Source of the DNA: an uncultured delta proteobacterium
Lineage (GTDB): Bacteria > Desulfobacterota > Binatia > HRBIN30 > BPIQ01
Assembly: GCA_963761335.1 (NCBI GenBank)
Contig: CAVXGR010000006.1
Coordinates: 1-64,000 of the forward strand
Direction of reading: 5' to 3'
DNA: 64,000 bases
Shown here: positions 37,916-46,347 of the stretch, piece by piece
How positions within the stretch are numbered: the first letter of the stretch is position 1
How the letters are laid out: every line of letters starts with the position of its first letter
Notes under the pieces: model-generated
The model's database searches: none
The model's input: only the letters and a program-made list of their open reading frames with translations
What the model was told of the DNA's origin: nothing
Program-made: the position numbers and the translations under genes

Positions 37916-39613
37916 ATGCAGTCAGCAAAGCGCGAACCAAGCCAGTCACTCGACGGCACCCACCGGATGGTGGTCCTGTTGCTGATCATCATCCCAACGG
38001 TGCTGCTCGTTCTCGGGATCTACAACGGTCTGCTCCAGGTGCTGTACCGCGCCGGCGTCATCCGCTCGACGTCCTTTCTCGGGCTCGAGTACTACCAGGG
38101 ACTGACGCTTCACGGCGTCATCAACGCCCTCGTCTACACCACCTTCTTCGAGGTGGCCTTCGGCTACGCGGTGGTCGCGTACTTCCTGCGCTGCACCTTC
38201 GACGCGCGGCTCACCTGGCTGGCGTTCGGCATGATGCTCGGCGGCACGTTGATGGCCGCCTTTGCCATGCTCAACGGCACCGCCTCGGTTCTCTACACGT
38301 TCTATCCGCCGCTGCGCGCCAGCCCGCTCTTCTATATCGGTGCGGCGCTGCTGGTGGTGGGGTCATGGATCCCCTTCTTTCAGTGGATCCCCGCCTATCT
38401 GCGCTGGCGCCGCGAGCATCCGGGAGAGAAGACGCCGGTCGGCGTGGTCGGCATTCTCGCCACCTTCACCGTGTGGCTGATCGCCACTCTGCCGCTGGCC
38501 TACGAGGTCGTCGTCCTGTTGATTCCCTGGTCGCTGGGATGGACCACCACGGTCGACGTGATGTTGGCGCGGACCCTCTTCTGGTTTTTCGGCCACCCGC
38601 TCGTCTACTTCTGGCTGCTGCCGGCGTACGTGATGTACTACGTGATGCTGCCGGGGCTGGCCGGCGGCAAGCTCTACTCCGACGACGCCGCGCGGCTGGT
38701 GTTCCTGCTCTTCATCGTCCTCTCGGCTCCCGTCGGCCTGCACCACCAGTTTGCCGATCCGGGGATCTCCAGCAGCTTCAAATGGCTGCACGGGGCGCTC
38801 ACCTTCGGGGTCGCCATTCCCAGCTTCATCACCGCCTTCACCATGTTCGCCTCGCTCGAGTACGCGGCGCGTCGGCGCGGCGGCTCTGGCCTGTTCTCGT
38901 GGTGGGGCAAGCTGCCGTACTTCGACCGCGATCGCTACCTGTTCGCCTACCTGTTCACCGGGCTGGTGCTCTTCTTCTTCGGGGGGATCACCGGAATCAT
39001 CAACTCGTCGACGACGATGAACAGCGTCGTCCACAACACCGCCTGGGTTCCCGCCCACTTTCACACCACGCTCGGCGGTCCGGCCTTTCTGGCGTTTCTC
39101 GGCATGTCGGTGTTCCTGGTGGCGCAGCTGACCGGCAAGCGACTGCGATTTCCGACCCTCAACCTGTGGGTCCCGTACCTGTGGACCGCGGGGATCCTGG
39201 TGTTCTCCACCGGCCTCTCGGTCGAAGGACTACTCGGCGCGCCGCGGCGCACCAACCTGGGACCGACCTATGCCGATCCCGCTTCGGCCCTCTATCACCC
39301 CGGCTGGCAGATCTGGTCGCACATCGGCCTTCTGGGCGGTGTGATCATGACCCTGGCGATGGTGTTCTACTTCGCCGTCTTCTTCGCCACGCTGCTCGGG
39401 AAGAAGGAGCGCGAGCCGGTGCTGGAGCTGCCGACCTCAGAGGCACTTCACGACGGCGACGGGCGCTTCGTTCTGAACTTCCGGCCGTGGGTGATCGCCG
39501 CCGTGGTGCTGCTGGCGATCGCCTACATCCCGCCGATCTACGAGGTGGTCACCGGCCCGACGCAGGCGGTCCCGGCGTATGAGCCGTCCAGTCCCGTCGC
39601 CCCGCAGCGGTAG
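37916..39613 (+). CDS. cbaA: B-family (ba3) heme-copper oxidase subunit I
   Basis: YYQGLTLHGVINA, FWFFGHPLVYFWLLPAY, GLHHQFADPGI, WVPAHFH, GAPRRT. Confidence 0.93.
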   Translation: MQSAKREPSQSLDGTHRMVVLLLIIIPTVLLVLGIYNGLLQVLYRAGVIRSTSFLGLEYYQGLTLHGVINALVYTTFFEVAFGYAVVAYFLRCTFDARLTWLAFGMMLGGTLMAAFAMLNGTASVLYTFYPPLRASPLFYIGAALLVVGSWIPFFQWIPAYLRWRREHPGEKTPVGVVGILATFTVWLIATLPLAYEVVVLLIPWSLGWTTTVDVMLARTLFWFFGHPLVYFWLLPAYVMYYVMLPGLAGGKLYSDDAARLVFLLFIVLSAPVGLHHQFADPGISSSFKWLHGALTFGVAIPSFITAFTMFASLEYAARRRGGSGLFSWWGKLPYFDRDRYLFAYLFTGLVLFFFGGITGIINSSTTMNSVVHNTAWVPAHFHTTLGGPAFLAFLGMSVFLVAQLTGKRLRFPTLNLWVPYLWTAGILVFSTGLSVEGLLGAPRRTNLGPTYADPASALYHPGWQIWSHIGLLGGVIMTLAMVFYFAVFFATLLGKKEREPVLELPTSEALHDGDGRFVLNFRPWVIAAVVLLAIAYIPPIYEVVTGPTQAVPAYEPSSPVAPQR

Positions 39614-39617
39614 TGTC

Positions 39618-40349
39618 TTGAGGCGCCTCACCTGGGCGCTGCTCGCCTCGCTCATCGTCTCGACGGCGGCGACGGCGGGAACCCTGCTGCCGCCCGACCC
39701 GGCGCGCGCCGTGGGCAACGTCGTTCCCTTCGACGGCTTCGCCGACGAGAACGGGCGCCCGCTCGCATCGCTGGTGACCAAGGCCGAGCGGCAGCGAGAT
39801 CCGCGGCCGTGGATCGTCAGCCCGATGTACACCCACTGCCCGCACACCTGCTCGGCGCTGACGGCCGGCCTGCGCCGCGCCGTGGATCAATCCGGGCTGT
39901 CGCCGTCGGAGTACCGCATCGTCAGCTTCTCCTTCGATCCGCAGGAGACCGATGAGCGGCTGCGCCAATTTCGCGCCCGCATGCATCTGCCCTCGAGCTG
40001 GCTGACGCTGCGGGCGGATGATCCGCTGTCCCTGCAGCGGACCCTGCGCAGCCTCGACTTCCGCACCATCAGCACCGCGGACGGAGACTTCGATCACCCC
40101 AACCTGGTCGCGGTTCTGGCCCCGGACCAGCGCCTGGCGAGCTATCTCTTCGGCGTCGACTTCTCCCCGAGCGCGCTCGCCCGCGCCGTGCGCCGTGCCC
40201 GCAACGGCATCTCCCCGGTCGACTCGTGGCGGCCGTATCTCTTCTTCTTTGCCGTCGTCGGCTTTGCCGGCAGCGCCATGGTGTTCGGCATGTTGATGCG
40301 GCGGCGGAAGAAGTCGGCGAATTCCCGGCGCCTGGCGGCCGGGGGTTGA
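39618..40349 (+). CDS. SCO-family copper chaperone
   Basis: YTHCPHTC, SFSFDP, FDHPN, C-terminal TM. Confidence 0.85.
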   Translation: MRRLTWALLASLIVSTAATAGTLLPPDPARAVGNVVPFDGFADENGRPLASLVTKAERQRDPRPWIVSPMYTHCPHTCSALTAGLRRAVDQSGLSPSEYRIVSFSFDPQETDERLRQFRARMHLPSSWLTLRADDPLSLQRTLRSLDFRTISTADGDFDHPNLVAVLAPDQRLASYLFGVDFSPSALARAVRRARNGISPVDSWRPYLFFFAVVGFAGSAMVFGMLMRRRKKSANSRRLAAGG

Positions 40350-40369
40350 AGATCCTGCTCAAGAGCAAA

Positions 40370-40419
40370 GTAGAAGCGCCGTCCCGGCGCTTTCCGAAGC
40401 GGCGAGACGCCGCTTCTAC
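40370..40419. repeat. GTAG-type REP doublet, copy 2
   Basis: gtagaagcgccgtcccggcgctttccgaagcggcgagacgccgcttctac; overlaps the stop codon of the BON gene. Confidence 0.85.
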
Positions 40420-41228
40420 TTGGCCTGCGGGGCGGCGGGCGTCGGCAGATTGGCGTACAGCCGCAGAGCCGTGGCCTCCACCGAGCGCGCCCCGCTGTGC
40501 CGGGCGATGTCGATGGCGCGCTGCTTCTCCGCGGCGCTGCCGACGGTGCCGCTGAGAATGGCGATGCCCTCGTAGACCTGCACGCGGACGAGGACATCGT
40601 TCACCCGCCGGTCCCAGCGGAGGCGGCCGCGTATCGCGTCGCGGAGCTGCTCATCGCTGAGGGTGCGCCGCTGGCGCAGGTCGATGCGGTTCTCCAGATC
40701 GCGAACCCCGGAGACCGCCGAGGCGATCTCGGCCGCGCGACGGCGCTGCCGCCGGGTGTCGACGGTGCCCTCGAGACGCACCGCGCCGTCGTTCACCTCG
40801 ACGCGGAGATTGGCTTTCTTCAGTGCCGGAACGGCGGCGAGCTTCTGGCCGATGTCGCCGCGGATGTCTGCATCGCTGCGGCCGCTGCGCTTCACCTCGA
40901 TGTCGTTCACCACGGCGCGCACGCCCCTGACCCGCTGCGCTGCCGCCTGTATCTGCAGCTTGGTGCGCAGGTCGTCGACCGCGCCGGTCAGATGTACGAC
41001 ATCCTGCTCGCTCTCCACACGGATCTGATCCGCCGCGACTCCGGGAACCTTGCCGAGGTTCTTCTGCACTGCGGCGACGACGTCGGCATCGGGGACGAGA
41101 ACCGCGGGCCGCGACGGCACCGCCGGCCGGTGCCAGCGGCGCGCCTGCGCCTGCGCCGGCGCGGCGATGAGGGCGACGGAGAGGATGAAGGCCAGACTCA
41201 GCGGTGCAAACGGCTTGAATCGATGCAT
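40416..41228 (-). CDS. Secreted triple BON-domain protein
   Basis: Signal peptide; three VxLxGxV...A..V.GV..V.N repeats. Confidence 0.88.
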   Translation of the reverse strand: MHRFKPFAPLSLAFILSVALIAAPAQAQARRWHRPAVPSRPAVLVPDADVVAAVQKNLGKVPGVAADQIRVESEQDVVHLTGAVDDLRTKLQIQAAAQRVRGVRAVVNDIEVKRSGRSDADIRGDIGQKLAAVPALKKANLRVEVNDGAVRLEGTVDTRRQRRRAAEIASAVSGVRDLENRIDLRQRRTLSDEQLRDAIRGRLRWDRRVNDVLVRVQVYEGIAILSGTVGSAAEKQRAIDIARHSGARSVEATALRLYANLPTPAAPQAK

Positions 41229-41346
41229 ACTCTGAAGAGAGCCCTGTCTCGCCAGCCTGTCAACCTAGCCGCATCTGTTGGCTGTTGGAACTCGCATCAC
41301 CAACAACGAACAGCCCGACAACTCGACGTTTCCGTGCGCGTTTCCT

Positions 41347-41375
41347 TTGACAGCCCCCCCTCGGTTTACTAGAAG
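41347..41375 (+). promoter_or_regulatory. Putative sigma70 promoter of the PqqD-(SP)12 gene
   Basis: TTGACA-N17-TAGAAG about 20 bp upstream of ATG 41396. Confidence 0.4.
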
Positions 41376-41395
41376 GGGGCGAAAAGGGGCATCGC

Positions 41396-41863
41396 ATGGG
41401 TGCGAGACGCATCGAGGGGCTGTTGACGGAACGGATCGGGGGAGAGTTCCTGATCTACAACCAAGCAACCGGAGAGGGGCATGCCCTGAACGAGGCTGCC
41501 GCGGCCGTCTTCGAGCTCTGCGATGGTCAGACCGACCGGGAGGCGATGACGGCGGCTCTGTCGAGAGACTTCGGACTACCGGGTGACGCCGCCGTCGTCG
41601 ACTTGGCGCTCTCTGAGCTTTGCGATGCGGGATTGATCACCGCCGACGAGGCGCCCGAGGGCGTCAGCCGCCGGTCGGTGATCCGCAAGCTGGGGCTGAG
41701 CGTCATGGCCGCTTCGGCTCTGCCGATCGTGGAGACCATGCTGGCGCGGCCGGCGAGCGCGCAGGTGCCGGCGCCGCCTCCTCCCTCGCCGTCTCCATCT
41801 CCCTCCCCTTCACCTTCTCCGTCGCCCTCGCCCTCGCCCTCGCCGTCTCCATCTCCCGAGTAG
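41396..41863 (+). CDS. PqqD/RRE domain fused to twin-Arg-like leader and (Ser-Pro)12 tail; putative RRE-precursor fusion
   Basis: EFLIYN...HALNEAAAAVFELCDG...LSELCDAGLI (PqqD fold), then GVSRRSVIRKLGLSVMAASALPIVETMLARPASAQ, then VPAPPPP(SP)12E. Confidence 0.82.
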   Translation: MGARRIEGLLTERIGGEFLIYNQATGEGHALNEAAAAVFELCDGQTDREAMTAALSRDFGLPGDAAVVDLALSELCDAGLITADEAPEGVSRRSVIRKLGLSVMAASALPIVETMLARPASAQVPAPPPPSPSPSPSPSPSPSPSPSPSPSPSPE

Positions 41864-41912
41864 CGCTCTGACTGGATCCCAGACGTCCTTCGCGCGGGTC
41901 CGGGGCAATCCA

Positions 41913-43397
41913 TTGATCGAGCTGGTGGCATACGGTGCACGCCTGCTCGTCGCCGACGCGGCTGATCTGGGCTTGGCGGCGATCCTCGCCCGCCGTTTTC
42001 CGCCCGATTTTGTGCGCCGTCCCGGCGGCGAGGCTGCGCCAGTTCGGTACGAGATCAGCCGTGCCGCCAGCGGCTATCGCATTGCCCGAAACGGGCAGCT
42101 CGTCGACCGCGGTCAAAGCGCTGCAGATCTGATCGAGCGTCTCTGCTCTCATCTGGACGTGGACTTGGCGGCGCTGGCGCGCGGCGGCGCCTTCATCCAC
42201 GCCGGGGTGGTTGGCTGGCGCGGCGTTGCAATTCTGATCCCGGCGCTCAGCGGCTGCGGCAAATCCACGCTCGTGGCGGAGCTCGTACGCCGCGGTGCGC
42301 AGTACTATTCCGACGACTACGCTGTCCTCGACGACGGCGGGAAGGTGCATCCATTCGCGCGGCCGATCGCCTTTCGTCGGGGTGCTCCCCGTCGCCTGGA
42401 CATTCCGGCGGTGCCGTCGAGCGAGCTTCCGCCGCTCGACGTGGGGCTCGTCGTCGCCACGACATACCGGGCTGGTTCCGTCTGGGAGCCGGCCATTCTC
42501 CAAGGCGCTCGCGCTGTGCTGCCGATCCTCGACAACGCCGTGGGAATTCGCCGGCATCCTGCGCGCATCATGCGCCTTGCCGCCGCTCTCGGGACGAGAG
42601 TGGTCACCTTGGAATCGCCGCGGCCCGAAGCGGAAGCGGTTGCGCCCGAAATCCTGGAATTCGCCGATCACCTGCGCGCCGGGGAGCTCGCGCACTTCAC
42701 TTCCGTGAGGCGGCCCGGAAGGGCGCGCGCGACTGCCCGCATCGCAGAGGTCGGGCGCAAACCGCCGGCCGAAGGAACGGTGCTGAGGGCTGCCTATCTT
42801 CGTATCGAGAACTTTCTGGAAGAGGATGAGCACAGGATGCTACTGGAGTACGCACGTGCCCGGGAAGAGGACTTTCGTGAGAGCACCGTGTACAATCCCG
42901 ACGAAACTCGTGGAGCGGACCCGCACTACCGACGCTCCCAGACCCTGCATCGGCTGGATGAGGGCTTGTGGGAGATCTTCGAGAAGCGTCTCCGCGCTCT
43001 CCTTCCTCACGTCCACCGCCAGCTCGGGATACCGTGTTTCCGCCTCGGCGCCATCGAACGACAGCTGCACGCCCATCGCAGCGGCGATTTCTTCGGCCGG
43101 CATCTCGACAACGGCCACGGCGACGTGGTCTGGCGCCGGATATCCGCCGTGTACTACTTCCACGAGATGCCGAGGTGCTTTGACGGCGGCGCGCTCTGCC
43201 TCTACGACGAGGTCGACTGTGGCGACCGCAGGTGCGTGGCGCCCTCCTGCACGGCCCTCGAGCCGCTCGACAACAGCATCGTTTTCTTTCCCAGCAGCGT
43301 CACCCACGAGGTTGAACCCGTCCGCTATCGCCGAGACGACTTCGGCTCCAGCCGCTTCACCATTACCTTTTGGTTTCGGGAGGAGGCGAAAGCTTGA
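41913..43397 (+). CDS. HprK-like P-loop kinase fused to prolyl-4-hydroxylase-like 2OG-Fe(II) oxygenase
   Basis: FIHAGVV...SGCGKSTL...YYSDDYAV. The C-domain has FFGRHLDNG, RRISAVYYF, FDGGAL, NSIVFFPS.VTHEV, SRFTITFW (HxD...H...R). Confidence 0.85.
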   Translation: MIELVAYGARLLVADAADLGLAAILARRFPPDFVRRPGGEAAPVRYEISRAASGYRIARNGQLVDRGQSAADLIERLCSHLDVDLAALARGGAFIHAGVVGWRGVAILIPALSGCGKSTLVAELVRRGAQYYSDDYAVLDDGGKVHPFARPIAFRRGAPRRLDIPAVPSSELPPLDVGLVVATTYRAGSVWEPAILQGARAVLPILDNAVGIRRHPARIMRLAAALGTRVVTLESPRPEAEAVAPEILEFADHLRAGELAHFTSVRRPGRARATARIAEVGRKPPAEGTVLRAAYLRIENFLEEDEHRMLLEYARAREEDFRESTVYNPDETRGADPHYRRSQTLHRLDEGLWEIFEKRLRALLPHVHRQLGIPCFRLGAIERQLHAHRSGDFFGRHLDNGHGDVVWRRISAVYYFHEMPRCFDGGALCLYDEVDCGDRRCVAPSCTALEPLDNSIVFFPSSVTHEVEPVRYRRDDFGSSRFTITFWFREEAKA

Positions 43398-45123
43398 GGT
43401 GCCCCTCAACCTTCTCCCGCACTGCGTCGACCATCGCCCGGTGCTCTTCCAGCCATGGGCGGGAGTGCTCGAGGTAGATGCGTTTCTGGGCGAGCCGTTC
43501 CGCGGGTGTGAACGGCCGCCCGGTCTTGGCATGGATCACGCCAGTGCTTGCCAGCTCTTCGCTCCAGTCTCGGCGATTGGGGAAGCCGAGCCATCGCCAG
43601 ATCTCCTCCAGGCGGGCTGGCGGTTCGGAGAAGAAGGCGTTCACATCGACGGTCTTCAAGGGATGGCGCGAGGAAAGGGCGATGGCCCTCGCAGCGATCA
43701 GCTGCCAGCAGCGAACGGCGGCCTCTCCCGCGCTCGCGCACGGGGAGCAGCCGAGGAAGCGCGCCATCTTCGCCACGTACTCGCGGCGATATGCGTAATA
43801 GAGTGTCGCGGCGACGTACTCCTCGACCGGGGCATAGACGAAGAGGCCCCGCGCCTCAGGATGGTCGGCGAAGTGCCACTCTGCATTGACGATCTCCGCC
43901 GGCACCGCCTTGAGCAGCGGCACCTCGCCTTCGCGGAAGGTGCGGTAGCAGAGTCTGCGGAGCGTCGCGTTTCTGTAGTGGTGGAAGTGAATGCTCGGCT
44001 CGTCGTAGGCGAGACAGGCCCCAGGAGCATCCAGCAGTCGGAACAGCAGAGTCGAGCCGGCGTAGCCGTGATGGTACAGGTAGAGCACTTTGGCCGGCTC
44101 GCTCGCCGGCGTCGCCGCCTGAACCTCCTCCAGCGGCAGCTCGACCTCCCCGGGGCGCTTGGCGGCGGCTGCATGGCCGATGTAGAACGGGCGCTCGAGC
44201 TGGCGGAAGCGAACTGTCCGGCGCCTCGAGTCGAAGGCGACCGGCACCCATGCGGGATCTTCGACCACCCGGGAAATCCCAGCTTGCCGCCGGTATCCGG
44301 AAGCGGGAAGCCGCGAGACGACAGCTGACAGCCGCGCCGCGCGAGTGGTGGGCCGCGGGTCCATCCCGTCCAGGATGGCATCCATGAACTCGAGGACCGC
44401 GGGCGCCACCTCCTCGGCTTCCGGGCGCGGGCCCTGCAGAGCCAGCAGGCGTCTGCCCAGGCAAGTGCTGAGCCGCAGGGCGCGCCGCGGCGTGTCTCGC
44501 ATCGCCAGTACGTGGTCGAGCAGGGGCAGGACGGCACGTGCTCCCTCGAGGACGACGGGCGCCCAATTCACCCCGGGCATGTAGTGCGTGGCGACCAGAA
44601 GTGCCGCCTCGACAGGCGGCTTCTCCACGGCGCCGTGCAGGCGCCGAGCCCGTCGCGGCCGCCGCACGTATGCGTGCACCTTCCCATCCTCGTCGATCAC
44701 CGCATACTCGTCGGAGTAGTACGTCGCGCCGCGCCGCACCAGCTCGGCAACCAGCGTCGACTTACCGGCGTTGCTGCTTCCCGGGATCAGGATCGCTCGT
44801 CCTCGCCAGGCGACGACGCCCGCGTGGACGAAAAGTCCGGTGCGCGCTCGCACGGCGATGTCGAACTCGACGTGATTGCGCAGCCGGCGGCACAGGCCGC
44901 CTATGCTGCTCGCTCGGTCGACCACGGCACCATTGCGGAGGATGCGATAGGCGCTGCCGCCTTCATCCGCGCACACCTGGTAGCTGACATCGACCTCGGT
45001 GCCGAGCACGGGCACCTCCATTACCATCCCGTAGGGCAGGGTGTCGCGGAGATGCTCGCCAACCGCGGTCACCGCGGTTTCCAGAAGCACGCGCGCGCCA
45101 TGTGCGCTGATCAGCAGCGGCAT
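43363..45123 (-). CDS. HprK-like P-loop kinase fused to sulfotransferase-like domain
   Basis: FVHAGVV...SNAGKSTL...YYSDEYAV. The C-domain has LYLYHHGYAGSTLLFRLL...YDEP, LLK and HAKTGRPF. Confidence 0.75.
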   Translation of the reverse strand: MPLLISAHGARVLLETAVTAVGEHLRDTLPYGMVMEVPVLGTEVDVSYQVCADEGGSAYRILRNGAVVDRASSIGGLCRRLRNHVEFDIAVRARTGLFVHAGVVAWRGRAILIPGSSNAGKSTLVAELVRRGATYYSDEYAVIDEDGKVHAYVRRPRRARRLHGAVEKPPVEAALLVATHYMPGVNWAPVVLEGARAVLPLLDHVLAMRDTPRRALRLSTCLGRRLLALQGPRPEAEEVAPAVLEFMDAILDGMDPRPTTRAARLSAVVSRLPASGYRRQAGISRVVEDPAWVPVAFDSRRRTVRFRQLERPFYIGHAAAAKRPGEVELPLEEVQAATPASEPAKVLYLYHHGYAGSTLLFRLLDAPGACLAYDEPSIHFHHYRNATLRRLCYRTFREGEVPLLKAVPAEIVNAEWHFADHPEARGLFVYAPVEEYVAATLYYAYRREYVAKMARFLGCSPCASAGEAAVRCWQLIAARAIALSSRHPLKTVDVNAFFSEPPARLEEIWRWLGFPNRRDWSEELASTGVIHAKTGRPFTPAERLAQKRIYLEHSRPWLEEHRAMVDAVREKVEGHLKLSPPPETKR

Positions 45124-45245
45124 TGCTCGAACTTCGTCTCGACGTGATTGCCCGTAGCGGCCGGGGAGGGTATTTATCGCTGCCCCGATGATGCGTCAAC
45201 GCGAAAGCCGAAAGACTTCTCCGCCGGGCATCAGCTCCAGAGAAG

Positions 45246-46265
45246 ATGTCTGAGATCGCCGGAAGTCCGTCGCTCTATCCGATCCTTCTGGATCGGGAAC
45301 GCCGCGAGGCCGAGCTCGTCGAGATGACGCGCGATACGTACCGCGCCTCGACCTTTCTCGACAAGCGGACGGTGACTGCGGGGACGCGCCGACGCCGTTG
45401 CGATCTGCGGGGCCTCCTGGCGGATCCCCCGCTGCCTCGACCGGGTGATCCTCCGGTTCACTACGTGCTGCACACGGGTTTTTGCTGCTCCACGCTCCTT
45501 GGGCGCGCCCTGGACCAGATCCCCTCGGTCTTCTGTCTTCGCGAGCCCTTTCCGCTGGCGCAAGTGGCGGCTTGGGCGAAACGGGAGCGAGCGGAAGCCG
45601 CGCCAGCGGATGGCTGGAGGTTGTCGGAAGAGCTTGGGAGCTGGCTGAAGGTGGTGCACTTTCTCCTGCGCCGGTCGTATGCCGGCGTCGTCTGCAATGT
45701 CGTCAAACCGATCCCCCGTTGCAGCATCCTGGCCCCTTGGCTGCTCGACATCGAGCCCCGATCGCGGGTGCTGTTCCTCTGCACCGATCCCGTCAGCTTC
45801 CTGGTGTCGACGCTGCGCCGGTCGGAGCGGCGCAAGTGGGCGCAGCGGCTCCTGCGCGCCGTTCACCCGCAGCCGATGTCGGCTCCCTCCTCGGACGTCG
45901 AAGCCGCCGCGATGCTGTGGGCGACGTTGGTGGAGCACTATCGCTCGTTGCGGCGGGGACCTCACGCGGCACGCGTGCACATGCTCGACGGCGGGCGCCT
46001 GGCAAGCGAGCGCGAAGCCGCGCTCCGCGCCGCGCTTGCGGCGCTCGGCATTCCCCAGGAGGAGGCGATGCTCGCCGCGGTCCTGGCACACCCGCTGTGG
46101 CAGACGTACTCCAAGCAGCCGGGCAGGGACTACGACGCCTATGCGCGACAGGAGATCGTCGAGCGCGCTCGCCTCCGCCACCATCGCGAGATCGCGGAGG
46201 GTCTTCGCTGGCTGGCTGCCAACGTCGAATGGTTCGCGGAGGAGCGGCCGGTCTTCGGGGCGTGA
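45246..46265 (+). CDS. Sulfotransferase-like (P-loop) protein
   Basis: STFLDKR, HYVLHTGFCCSTLLGRALD...LREP, VVKP, DPVSFLVS, YSKQPGRDY. Confidence 0.68.
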   Translation: MSEIAGSPSLYPILLDRERREAELVEMTRDTYRASTFLDKRTVTAGTRRRRCDLRGLLADPPLPRPGDPPVHYVLHTGFCCSTLLGRALDQIPSVFCLREPFPLAQVAAWAKRERAEAAPADGWRLSEELGSWLKVVHFLLRRSYAGVVCNVVKPIPRCSILAPWLLDIEPRSRVLFLCTDPVSFLVSTLRRSERRKWAQRLLRAVHPQPMSAPSSDVEAAAMLWATLVEHYRSLRRGPHAARVHMLDGGRLASEREAALRAALAALGIPQEEAMLAAVLAHPLWQTYSKQPGRDYDAYARQEIVERARLRHHREIAEGLRWLAANVEWFAEERPVFGA

Positions 46266-46347
46266 ACAGACGAGGTGCTGGGGCGAGAACGAGGATGATG
46301 TCCGGTACTTGCCAGCCGTCGGGTCGGTCATGGAGTATAAAGGGCTC

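Noticed and set aside
41527..41940. Minus-strand ORF with (GE/GD)n repeat
   Set aside because: Reverse complement of the (SP)12 tract. The plus-strand frame has the recognisable PqqD domain and upstream signals.
41396..46265. PQQ biosynthesis or lasso-peptide cluster
   Set aside because: No pqqA/B/C/E, no asparagine-synthetase-like cyclase and no transglutaminase-like B2 protease in the window. The core lacks lasso features.
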